A DNA stretch of 62,264 bases, filler included, from Bipalium vagum (taxonomy: Eukaryota): assembly GCA_037834085.1 (NCBI GenBank). It is 3 parts of 3 records of this genome, joined end to end, with 100 filler letters (N's around TTAATTAATTAA, not from the genome) between each part and the next. Parts side by side here need not be neighbours in the genome. Positions count along the whole stretch, not along the records: positions 1 to 21,726 come from JBBMKC010232948.1; 2 more parts are not named here. One strand, given 5' to 3'. The first letter of the stretch is position 1. Each line of letters starts with the position of its first letter. The position numbers were made by a program, and so were the translations under genes. A model generated the notes under the pieces. It did no database searches. It was given only the letters and a program-made list of their open reading frames with translations, and had not been told where the DNA came from. Positions 1-11,916 of this stretch are shown piece after piece.

Positions 1-66
<66 letters not shown>
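1..66. repeat. (TTA)n microsatellite
   Basis: Perfect TTA run at the window start. Confidence 0.95.
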
Positions 67-70
<4 letters not shown>

Positions 71-1009
71 TTTTATTCAACTCCGTACACTTTTGATTAA
101 CCCTGAAGACAGTTATTATTATTAATTTAAAAAAATCAGAATCTCTAATTTTTTTAATAAAATTTATTGATGACCAAAAGTAAAAGGAAGACCCTATCCG
201 TAAATATTGACTCAACTGATAAAATCTAAACTAAACAAATCAGACATCTCAACAGAATACGCTACACTTGTTAGCACAAGTTGAACTCAATTCATTCTAA
301 TAATAATTATTATCATTATTATTATTTTTATTATACTTGATGATTAAATCTTGGATAGTCAATCAAAAACTATCAAGACATTAAATAAACAAAAACACCA
401 ATTGAAAATAACAATAATTGAATGGTATTCATTGATATTTAATTAATATTTAATCTTTTAGCATGATTAACCTATTAAAGATTCAATGGTCCAATTATAG
501 TATTCATCAGTCCACTTCGGGCTTTTACAATAGATTATATCTGAAAACTACTTCAAATCACACTCAGACTTAACATTTTACAGATCCAAATGATCTGATC
601 TTGAGAAAACGTTCACTCTTGTGAAGCTTGAAAAACTTTCAGCACAGTTTTTATAATGGTTACTGATTATTAATAATTCATTTCATTTGTCATTGAATAG
701 TGGAACATTTTTCTTTGATTTTCAGTAATAATTTTTTATTATTTTTTTGTTAAAGTGAATAAAATTGTGTTTTGTCTATATATGGTTGATGTTCGAGTGA
801 ACGTTCTCTCTTGATTTATTTCTCATTTACCATATCTAAATCTCTTTTTCTCTGTTAAGCCACAATGGCGTACTGGTTGTACCATATTATCGGGATCTCC
901 GCTGCAAAGTAGTTCTTCAAGTTCTTGACACTAGATCATAATCAATCGCAATAAGTATTGTAAGTCGTTCAAAAAGACATGCAAAACTTTTTTTTATTTC
1001 GAAAATACA

Positions 1010-1790
1010 ACATACCCTATCTCTCAACATAATTTCCTTTGCAAGTCCTTACACTTTTCCAGCGAGATGCGAGATCTTGGAAAGTTTTCTTAAAAGTTCC
1101 ATTCCACAATCTAAGATATTGGATTTGGAAACTCACTGTTGTGCATGTGTGCGTTATCATTCAGATAATAAAGTTTGAGTAGTCCACTCTTCCGTCATAG
1201 CTTCCTTGTCCTTTGGACGATTTTTGAATACTATCGACTGTCTAATCTCACTCCATTTTCAATGAAATCAATCAAAATTATGCCTTTGCCATCCCAAAAG
1301 ATAGACAGGATTAAACACTTCCAATGACCTGTTGATGATGGCATTTTCTTCGAATGGACTTTGCCAAGCAATGTTCACTCTGAAGACTCTTTTTACACTC
1401 TGGTATATAAAAGGAAAGTGGTGTTTTGTCCTGTGTGATGACCAACACTGTCAAGAATATTCAGCTTTTCTTGACAAATATCAAAACAATGTTGTCACAT
1501 TTCAGCATCCAAAAAGCAAGAGACAAATCTAAAACATAATTTTCGAACACCTCAAAATGTAAGGAGAGAATCAAGATTGCCTTTACTTACATTCAGGCGT
1601 AATATGAACATTCTGGCAATTTTTAATCAGTTTGTAACAAATTGTGTTACCTTTTCAGTTATTTTGTCAGTTATTTTGGTAAGCACCAAGCAATTCTGCA
1701 ACTATTTGCTAATGATTGGTTCCTTCCAAAACAGGAAATAATATGAACATTCGATATTGTACTTCTTCGAGACTCATTTCACAATTTTAG
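1010..1790 (-). mobile_element. Degenerate mariner transposase remnant
   Basis: Minus-strand fragments read 'VITQDKTPLSFYIPECKKS' (decayed ITxDETW..YxPExK), 'ILSIFWDGKGIILIDFIENG' and C-terminal 'RWKSVRTCKGNYVER*'. Contains stops and frameshifts; boundaries approximate. Confidence 0.8.
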
Positions 1791-1859
1791 CTTTTAAATG
1801 AAAACATAGATTCATTTAATATAATAAACAAGATGAACAATAAAATAATAAATATAAAT

Positions 1860-2240
1860 ATAGGGTGCTTTTTAAGTGCATTACAACTTTTTTTGAGATT
1901 AGAAACAAGGAAAAACAATTTTTGCAGAAAAATCTATTTTATTGCAAAAGTAAATGTTTGCCATTCTTTCTTAAAATTATTTCGCTCATATGACCACCTC
2001 GGATGTTCTTGAAAAACTCCACTTTGAGGACCAGATTTTAAACACTTTTTCCAGCATTTCAGGTCGTATATCCTTTATGACTCGAGAAATGTTTTCTTCT
2101 AGTTCGCCAATTGATTTTGGTTTATCAGTATACACCAACGATTTCACATATCCTCACAGGAAATAATCAATAGGAGTCAAATCACACGATCTAGTCCATG
2201 TCTGGAAATCAATTTATCGCTAAATTGTGTTCTTAATAGG
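1860..2240 (-). mobile_element. DD41D/rosa-like (Tc1-mariner superfamily) 3' remnant
   Basis: Minus strand reads 'RSCDLTPIDYFL*GYVKSLVYTDKPKSIGELEENISRVIKDIRPEML', matching the WPPRSxDLTPLDxFLWGYVK motif. Confidence 0.8.
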
Positions 2241-3269
2241 TCTATTATATAAATATTATTTAAATAACAAATAAATTAAATTAAATATAAAATATAAAAT
2301 ATTACACTAAATATAATATAATAAATTAATATAATAATATATATAATTAATTAATATTATAAACCAAACTGATTTTAATTTACCTACGATATAAACGTAT
2401 ATAAACAAAAGTGTATTGCAGAAAAACGTTATTTACTTTATATTATTGTTTATATACGAAAGAAAATTCTTATTGAGTGTACCAAGTACATTCATGAAAA
2501 ATTATAAAACGCAACTGGTAAAAAATTATATTATTTTTTCTAATTTTTCATTGATACAATAGAAAATTGAGACAATCATTTACAGAACAAAAATTTTTGT
2601 AGACAAAAAGAAAAATCTGGATTCCATGTATTACTTTTAGTTAAATGGTCTGACAAAACTTTCTTATATTCAACCAAGACATTGCAACCAAATTCACTTA
2701 TGAAAAAATCACTTTTAGAAACTAGGTTGTTCCTTTTCATAAAATATTCATTTACTGGTCTTGATCAACAGAAAGGGACCAGTAATTCTCGAAGAATCTG
2801 CAATCGCTTTACCAAAATTGAATTAGTTAGGCTATGAAACCATGTCTCATCTTTTATACTCTTCACAATACTTGGTTACTAAAAACTATTTCTCAAATAT
2901 TTGAAAAAATCAACAAATCAACTGTTCTCAAAGGAATAACCTCAGTAATACTTGCTAAGATTTCTTGGCTTCAAAGTGTTAGAGGTTTCCATTGTTCGTG
3001 GATAAATAAACCTTTAGTTTATTGTGAGAACGTATTATATCTACCACGAGGTCTTATTTCGGTTTTAAGCATCTCTACAATTTAATTTGAGAGTTAAGAC
3101 CATTATTTATTAATTTACACCATAATATTTATAAAAAATAAAAAAATATTACATTTTACAATGAAAATTAAATTAGAAAAATTAATATCTCAGTTACTAA
3201 ATTAATAACGAAACACAAATTTATTAATTTATCATTATTATAACTAATTAATATAATTAATAATAATTA

Positions 3270-4120
3270 ACTAATATTCCTCTATTTCTAAGTATTAGCT
3301 GAACACGGTTTGGCATAGACTCTGCTAGTTTTAAATAGTCACTGATAATTTCTGGATCATTGTACGATACTTGAGTCATGGCTGAAATTAGCTTTTTCAT
3401 CACCGAACAAATGCGAATTTTGTATACGGACCATAAATGTTAGATTGGATTAAGGGTCGAAGAATTCCCCAGGTCAACCAAGTACTTTCATTCTCCTCTC
3501 CATCATGTAACTATTCATCATTTTCGATGTGTGACATGAAGCAAGGTCATATTGAAAGATCCTAGAACTGTCTTTATTCTTCCTCTGAAGCTCTGGATAA
3601 ACTCCTTTTCGAAGAACTTCAATATATTGTTGCGAATCTATTTGATTGACTGCAAACTTCCAATACCTTAATAAATAAAGTATAATTAAAACATCTTCTG
3701 TGCCTACTTGACATACTGATTGATGTGGAAGTTGCATAGCTTTTCTCCAGGTGACCTACAAATATGATGAATTCTTTGATCCTGTACAAAGAAAAAGACT
3801 TTTCTCTCCTGTTCTTTCGTCCAATTCTTGAACTTTTTGCCCACTTATATCGTTTTACTTTCATTTTTTTGATTAAAATCTGCTTTTCACAGGTCTTTTG
3901 GCTTTACGACTAAATGAACTGATTTCGATTTGTTTCTTCTTTAAATCCATTTTCAATTCATCACTCATTTTGCGGGGATCATTTTTACTTTTTCATATTA
4001 AGTAACAATCATCTCTTGAAGTGGTTTTCTTCTTAAGACCACAATTTCCTTTGTGTTTGGAAGAAAAGGATCTTGACACTTGCTAAACAATGAAATAGAC
4101 AATTGCAGCAATGTCTCGGT
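3270..4120 (-). mobile_element. Tc1-like (DD34E) transposase remnant
   Basis: ORFs 3474-3737 and 3619-3864 plus flanks give 'IFQYDLASCHTSK...MKVLG*PGNSSTLNPI*HLW' (decayed FQQDNAPCH / WPGNSPDLNPIENLW). Confidence 0.8.
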
Positions 4121-4360
4121 GTCTTTTCTATGAATTCATTTCGTAATATTCAAATACATAATATTCTATATTATTCAAATAAAGACTAAATTATATTATT
4201 AATTTTGCAAATATGTAATATTAAGGTGAAATAATAAGAAATTTCGGTCTACTTCATAAAGTGATATTTGAATATTTATAGTTGTAAATCAATTAATAAT
4301 TAAAAATTTTATTTCGTTATTTAAGTAAGATATATATTTAATACAATTTGTACAATACAA

Positions 4361-4645
4361 TTTGAAATGGTTTAAAAATGCAAATTAAACCAAGGAATTG
4401 AAATTCCGAACACATTCAAGAACATTTGTTCGAATGTATTTGGAGAAGCATCTATAAACCAAATATATGGGAATCCTTTCTAAAGGCACTCGCTTTATAG
4501 TAATTCTATCTATAAAAGTAAGGACTAAAATTTAAATAATTTAATGCTCTATTTTAAATCTAGGAACATTAAAACTCCTTGATCAGTAAACCAAATGGAC
4601 AAAATTATGTAAAATTTGGTTTATATATTTAATAAATTTTACTAA
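4361..4645 (+). mobile_element. Merlin (IS1595/IS1016-like) transposon 3' fragment; inverted copy of 14605-14890
   Basis: Reverse complement of 14605-14890 with about 6 substitutions and one small indel by eye. Encodes '*NGLKMQIKPRN*NSEHIQEHLFECIWR...'. Confidence 0.85.
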
Positions 4646-4681
4646 TAATATTCAAATATTGCAGAAAGATTTGAATTTATT

Positions 4682-5729
4682 ATGATTGATCAAAAATATA
4701 TTTTTCGTGCCGCTCTTTTATTTCAATTCAAATTGGGTGAAATTGCGGCTGAATTGTGCAGAAAGCTTTGCAAAGCTTTTGGTAACAACTTTATATCGGA
4801 ACATCAATGTCAAAATTGGTTTATGACATTTACAGATGGAGACGAAAATCTGAAGGATTGAGAACATGGACATTGACTTTTGACTATGAATTTGGACTTT
4901 TTGAAAGAAAGCATTGAGTCAGATACTCAACAATTCACTCGAGAACTTGCCTATAAATTCAGTTGTTCTCAGAAGACTGTGCAACAAACTGCATCGTCTT
5001 TGGAAAACATATAGACATGGAAAATGGATTCCCCATGATTTTTCAGAGAGCAACAAAACCAGTCGTATTCTTCTCTGCTTTTCATTGCTCTCGCAGTCTA
5101 AAGATAGGCTATTCTTCGATTCAATTTTAGCATCAGATGAAAAGTCAATTCAATACGACAAGCAACATAAAAATTCCAATGGTTGGGCAAAAATGATCAG
5201 GCGACTTCTTTTTGTCTGGTGGAATATACACGGTCTAGTATATTATGAGTTGCTCAATCGAAGAAAAACAATAGGTGCAGAACGTTATTGCCAACAATTA
5301 AGCTGTGTGGACTAGGCTCTTCGTCGGCAAAATACCGCAAAGACTAAATTGTTACATGATAATGCTCGACCGCATGTAGCAAAATTAAAGCAGGTGAAAT
5401 TAGAGGAATTAGGTTTGGAGGTTTTTCCTCATCCGCCATACAGCCCTGATCTGGCGCCAACGGCTTACCACTTGTCCAGGACCATGCAGCATTATTGGAT
5501 TAGAAAAAATGTTAAAATACAGAGGACATTGAAATTTGGGTCAAGATTTACTTTGACTCACAGGAACCTGAATTTTTCAACAGAGATATTCGTGCTTTTA
5601 CTGTAAGATGGCGAAACATCATTTATGTGAATGGTGATTACTTTTTGGATTAAGATAGTGTGTGCTTTGTTTCATGTTTTATTAATATATATTGAAAAAC
5701 TGAAATTTCTTATTACTGACCCTGATATT
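4682..5729 (+). mobile_element. Near full-length dead mariner (DD34D)
   Basis: Contains the 'MIDQKYIFRAALLFQFKLG...' HTH start, 'KWIPHD', 'ILASDEK', 'FVWWNIHGLVYYELL', 'LHDNARPHVA' and 'HPPYSPDLAP', and ends 'GDYFLD*'. Several stops and frameshifts; TIR-like end near 5710-5729. Confidence 0.92.
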
Positions 5730-6057
5730 TAACATTTGACAGTTACTTAGGATAAAACTTTGGGAAATTGATTATATCTCAGGAAAAGAATAATTAAATT
5801 AAGAACTAAAATATATTTTTATTTTTAATTGAAAATGTATTTATGTTAATTACTTGGCCTTAATTTGGGTTGAAATCAAATTTTAATATATAATTTATTA
5901 ATTAATTAGTAAATAATAAATAAATAATAATAATAATAAATGATTAAAATCTTTATTGATAATTCTGAATAAAAAGTGATTCCAATAATTTTTCTTATCA
6001 ATAGTTAGTATTTTATTATTGTTCCAGACATCAATATAATTAACACTATTATTTTAA

Positions 6058-6076
6058 TTATTATTTATTATTATTA

Positions 6077-6147
<71 letters not shown>
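6058..6147. repeat. (TTA)n microsatellite
   Basis: Imperfect TTA run of about 90 nt. Confidence 0.9.
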
Positions 6148-6176
6148 GCTTATAAAAATAATAAGAAATAATACAG

Positions 6177-7187
6177 CTTATTCAAGAAAAGTCTCTTAAC
6201 AGAAGAAGATTGTTGCGTAAAGTTATGAGAGAAAAGTCCACTAAATCTTCCGATAACACAAAATCTGAGGAAATGGCACAAAGCATTGTATAATTATTAT
6301 TTCATTTCTTGAATTCAAAGATCTAATTATTATACAGAACAATAAAAATGAAAATTGTAACCATTCCGGTGACATCGTCCAGAGTGACACAATTCTTAAA
6401 AGATTGGATGAGCTGAAAAATGAGGTTTGAGGTATTTTAAATATATATCATTTATGCTATAATTATTAGCTTAACAACATTACTGATCTAACCAGGAGGA
6501 GAGAATTAAGGAAAGAGATTCAACAACTTGAAGAGAAGTCTAATTGCTAAAAGCTGTACATAATATGATGTCCATTTAATAGGAAATGTGATTGCAATTC
6601 AGAGGCGACCTCTGTCGAACGAATCACTTCAGTGAAAGAAACCGATAAAGTTGATGGGTCATTTAATAAATCAAAAGTAAATCGATCTGATAGCCAGAAT
6701 ATAGAAGACCGTGAAAAAGTTGAATTATACAATAACATAAAACCTTAAAAAATTATGCAGAAAGAAATAAAATACAATACTCAGACCTCAGTGGAAAAAG
6801 CTTATGAAAGACAAGCACCAAAAACCCAAGAATCAAGTCTCACAACTTTGAAATCCAATGTTTATTTATTGTCAAATCAAATGCAACCTTCAAGTACCAA
6901 AGATCAGGTCCTACCTCAAAGTAATTTTAGTTTCATCAAAAATACCTTATTAAAATAGAAATAATTTCAAATACCGAGGAAAAGATTATCAAAAACGAGA
7001 ACACATTTTCAAGCTTGAAACGGTTAAACAGTTCAAATCCAGTTTCCGATGTTCGAAGCCGGCAGACAAGTGAGTCTGCCCTTCCTGCTGGAGAAAAGCA
7101 GGTGAAAATCTCTAGAGTAAGTAGTATGAGAGACATGTTTGAAAAGCCAAAATTATCAACTTCTATCAAACCACTCCAAGTAAGATT

Positions 7188-7235
<48 letters not shown>

Positions 7236-10200
7236 TTATTTTTATTATTATTTAAAAACCTTTCTGCTTCTTTTGACTAGAAAGATGAAACTATCCAATC
7301 TATAACTCAGAATAATATAGAGAAGGGTAAGTTCAGTGACAGGGTAACAGACAACCATTCTTCTAGTCTCAAATCATTTCCATCCGATAATAGCTTATTA
7401 AGAAATACAGTTAAGCCACCAAACGAAATTAATAAATTATCATCTCAAAGTAATGTTGTCCTTTGACTTTTGAAAACATCTAACTTCCCAAATCCAGCAG
7501 TAGACAATAGAAAAGAACAAAAACCACAAATTTCAAGACCATTAAGTACCTCCAACACGTTCCGTGAATCTTCGAAAACTGAAATTAACGAACGTCCCAT
7601 TCCAATGGACCAAAAAACCAATATTCTTAGACCAGGCAATGTAAAAGAAAAGCTTGAGCAACCAGGCTCTCAGACCTCAAGTAAGGTGTCATTAATAATT
7701 TACGTCATTAAAATTTTACGTTAAAGATACGCAAAGAAAAACTGCCACAGTGAAACTGCTAAGCGATAATGAGATCAATGATTTGGTTAACAGTATTTTA
7801 AAAATGGATGAACCAAAACCAAGTAGCTTTTATATTGATGTTATGTCATTATATTAAGGAATGAATTAAGATTTATTCCTTTTTCAACAAAAATATTTTA
7901 ATTCCCATTATACAGTGAGAAATATTCGCTTATATGAGGTCGTTTTTTGTCTCTTAATCTTAGATCCTATCTTGGTACAGAAATGAGAATCTATGAACAG
8001 CAACGATTTGGACAAAATAAGTTTAAAAATGAACTGAATTTCTTTAAGAAATCGGAATTTTATTAAAACAAACAGAAAAGTCCGAAATATTTGGTTATAA
8101 AAATAGTTACTTTGAAGGAAAACTATAAGAAATTACAATCGTTACTGTTTTCTTATTTAGATTTTAATACTTCGTTGGTTTTCCGTGATTTTTGGTGTCC
8201 TCAGAAATCCTGCTAGACATTGATTTGACTAAGTTTTCGGAGTTGATTTTCTTCCAACACATTATAACACAGTTCTTGAGGTATTGAACAGAATCAAATT
8301 GCTTTCCGTTGGCATATACTTTTCCTGTCAAAATTCCTTAAAGGTTTTCGATCGGATTACAATCTTGACAACATGAAGGCTACTCCATGTCAAGTATTCC
8401 AATGCCTGAAAACCATTATTTAGATTCTTTGGAAACGTGAATTGATGCATTGTCTTGTTGACAGGTAAAATGTATGTGCTCGATTTCTTCAAGATAATTT
8501 ACTAGGAGTTGTACATACATGGAAGATGAATGTACGAGTGGAGATGTAACATATAGGAATTGCATCGTGAGATGAAAATGCTCCCCAGATCATTAGAGTA
8601 CCTCCACCAAAATTACGCTTTGATATAATGATGTTGTGTCTGATAATTGTTGTTCTGCTGTTATTAGAATTCCTATTTGGATATTTTAACATTTTTCATA
8701 TTATTAATATTTGATCTATGATGTGATGGGTGAGCGAAGCGTGTAAACAGGAACATCTTGAGGTAATATTTTGAAGTTAGACGTTTTGGAGTACGATTCT
8801 GAAACTTGAAAATTGATTACGTGACATTCGAGAATCGTATTGGTAATTATTAGGTAACTTTGTCGTTGATGAACCGACATTTATTGTCATACTGTGTCGA
8901 TTATTGGGATATTGGGTTATTATTAAACTTAATAGTGATAAAGTGAAGGAATCAGGTTTTTTAATATGAAATATTAACATAAAATTTATTTTAAAGGGCT
9001 TTCAAATATTTTTTAATTGAAGACTTTCCAGTCACCCCTTTGTCATTATTTTAGGAAAACTTTATTAATAACTCTCAACACTAAATTCTACTGGGAATTA
9101 TTAATTTTATTGTTAATTAGCAAATACTGGTGGCAGCAGTAACCTTCATCCGCCAGAACAGAGACAGAGGAAAACTAGTCAAACGTAAGTGATTTTTCCA
9201 ATTCTGAATATTTTAATGTATGGATAACTTTGGGAAATTATAAATTATTGAATAAAATCTCTAGAAAGATTTCATATGATAACTTTTCAAATCTTAAAGA
9301 CTTTTGATCATCAAAATATTTTTCAATTTTTAAAAATTTTTACAACTTCCATTAATCAATTAAACACGGTAGGTTAAAAATGTTTAACATTAAACTATAG
9401 ATTTTACAAAAGTAGATTGATAATAGAAATAATGTATTGGGTGTCAATTAAATAGTTTTACAGCTTTATTAGTGAATATCAAAAGAATCCCTCTTGTAAC
9501 TTGAAAATAAAGACATACACAACATTTATTTATTTTCAAAATGTTCTCTTTTATCTTCCTTGAAATTATGTAATCCATCAGGAACAAACAAGCTAGATTT
9601 TCCAAAAAAGTCGATTGGCATATACATCAATGAATAAATACAATAAGTAAATACATCAATAATCCTTTGTTTCAAATCTTTCAATGAAGGAATTAATTGT
9701 GAATAAACTATTTGCTTAAAATGCCTCTACCTAAAAAGTCAATGTTGGTAAGATAGGGTGACCTTGGTGGTAAATCAATATTTCTTCTTCCAGGCCATTT
9801 TCAGGAGAATTTGGAACATCAATTCTTGAACTGCTATAGACACCATTTTACATAAAGATTATTGAGGAAGCTGAGAGTCATTGAAAAAACAGGCCAAAAA
9901 AGCTTTCAATATTTCCTATTAATTTGTGCATGTCACCTTTTCGGAAAAGAAATAGAGTCCAATTAAACCACCAGCACATACAGAGGACCATACCATGACA
10001 CCATGCAAATTGACAGATCTCTCCATTCTCGGATGAAGATTGTCTAAACACCAATAAGTACTGTTGTGTCTGTTCACACAGTTGTGGATTTGAAATTTTT
10101 TACTTGTCACTTCACAAACTCAGATTACGAAGATTTGCATCTCTCTCAGTTCATGAGGAATTCGAATAAAAACTCAACTAGCCTGTCAAAATCATTTTCT

Positions 10201-11916
10201 GTCAATGACTGAAAACCAATCTGGTTCTTAACGATTTAAAATAAAATGTCTTCACCGCTTTACTGTTTCGTGTGTAGCAGTAGATTCAAAAATTGATTTA
10301 TATTTTCATTCAAAATTTCCCCACTTTGCCTTGCCTGACGTCCAGTTTTTTCTTGCACTCAGGACACTCATACTTTTGATGAAATTGTTGGAATCGATTC
10401 TTGGTCTACTTGGTGAATCAGTACCCATTTCCCGTTTCAGTATTTTTTGAATTGTTATAGATGAGCTAAATTTATACTTTAATTCAACCATTTTGACTCG
10501 CTCTTCTAAACTGCCTGACAATTATGTATAATCTTAAATAAAAATAATTATATTACAATTATATATATTACATATATCACTGACAATGGTTCAGCTAAAA
10601 AAGCTAAATATTCAAAGATTTATTACACTTTAAATTTGTAAAGCTACTTAATTGACATTCTGTATATCTTCAATCATTATGTACAAAAACAAACATTTGA
10701 TATCTACTATTAATAAACAGCACCAGTTAAAAAATAAATCCATTTTCCGTAGAGATTTCTACAAAAAGTTTTTATTATATCAAAGTAGAATAGAAATCTT
10801 GAATTGTGAAACTAAATCGTGGAAAGCATTTAAAAAAGCATCACGATTACTGAAATTAAATTGTCAAAGTATTTGAGAAACTGTCATTCAAAGCGCACAG
10901 TTTTCGTAGAATAAGCTATGGCTGGCCATGTCATGCAAAACTAGAAAGCATTTCAACATGTGACTTCTTAGTTCATTTTTTGTATAAGGAAGATTTACTT
11001 GATCAGGTTTATATTCCAATGAATTTATGTTTAGAAATATTATCAAGATGATTCCTCAAATGAAAAAAATGGCCAAAACTGCACGCTCCACCGTCCAAGC
11101 AATGAAAGAGCAAATTATTGCCTTTTGTCAGGGAAATACGCAAGAATATGAGGTTTATCCCCTAAATTAGAATTATTGTGAAGTTATATGTATATATACG
11201 GTTTTATATGCTTATACCACACGTTATTTACTCAATTGATTTTGCACAATAATCAACTCATAATAATCATTCAAATGATTTTTTCGCTAATAATAAACAT
11301 ATAAAAAATGATAATTTTTGCTTTAAAAATCTCATATCACTTATAGACAGGGCAAATCTCACAATCAAATTAATTTGACTAAAAGCAATAATTGTTCCAA
11401 AGCATCATTAAAAGAAATGTTGCTCATATGGATTCAGAAAAACACTGATGAATATCAAGTACTGCGTCAATTTTATTAATTTTGCGCTATTGCTGCATTA
11501 GACCCCTTCACGAAGTTCCTAACACATAGAGCATCATAAATTTGAGATAATCCTTCCTTTATTTCAGAATGTTCAAATTGTAAACTACTCCAAAAGCTGG
11601 GCCGACGGGCTTGCATTCTGTGCTCTCATTCATCACTTCTATCCAAACTCATTTGACTACGGTTCTCTTAGCTCCAAAAATCCTCTGTACAATTTCAAGC
11701 TGGCTTTTGAAACGGCAAAGTAGTAGTCTCACTTGATGTTGGCCAATGTAAATTGTTGATTTCAGGAAATACGCCAATATTGAACCTTTAATAGATCCCG
11801 AAGATATGTTGATACTGGAAAATCCCGATGAAAAGTGTGTCTATACTTATGTTCAGTTTATGTACAATGCTCTCAAGCAGCATCCGAGAAACATGCTGAA
11901 ACGTCTAGGAAACTGA
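6177..11916 (+). CDS. Smoothelin-like protein with C-terminal calponin-homology domain (multi-exon, 5' start not found)
   Basis: Phase-consistent exons at ~6177-6287, 6338-6424, 6470-6537, 6583-6718, 6761-6920, 6959-7179, 7281-7449, 7498-7680, 7728-7822, 9121-9184, 11035-11152 and/or 11347-11458, 11568-11719, 11766-11916. N-terminal smoothelin-type repeats 'NRRRLLRKVMRE' and 'TDLTRRRELRKEI'. CH domain reads 'NVQIVNYSKSWADGLAFCALIHHFYPNSFDY...NFKLAFETA...IDPEDML..PDEKCVYTYVQFMY'. Confidence 0.85.
8150..8650 (-). mobile_element. Tc1-like remnant inside a smoothelin intron
   Basis: Fragments 'RNFGGGTLMIWGAFS', 'QQDNASIHVS' and 'DCNPIENL*GI'. Confidence 0.82.
9437..10662 (-). mobile_element. DD41D/rosa-like element with both TIRs, inside a smoothelin intron
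   Basis: Imperfect TIR 'tgtcaattaaatagttttaca' (~9442-9462) versus the reverse complement of 10637-10657, 'tgtcaattaagtagctttaca'; flanked by TA. Coding remnants 'MSGSLEERVKMVELKYK', 'VNRHNSTYW...GVMVW...GLIGLYFF' and 'LPPRSPYLT'. Confidence 0.85.

Noticed and set aside
4361-4400. TGA recoded as Trp (shared TGA at the conserved W of Merlin)
   Set aside because: Host genes here use TGA as stop (smoothelin, BAZ1A, GOLGA2) and TGG for Trp, so simple pseudogenisation explains it.
7180-7305. Poly-Leu 'transmembrane' segment in ORF 7015-7305
   Set aside because: It is the translation of an intronic (TTA)n microsatellite.
10753-11006. Possible extra smoothelin exons or an 18-nt microexon upstream of exon A
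   Set aside because: AG/GT boundaries exist, but I could not build a phase-consistent stop-free path. The direct 9184>11035 splice is already in phase.
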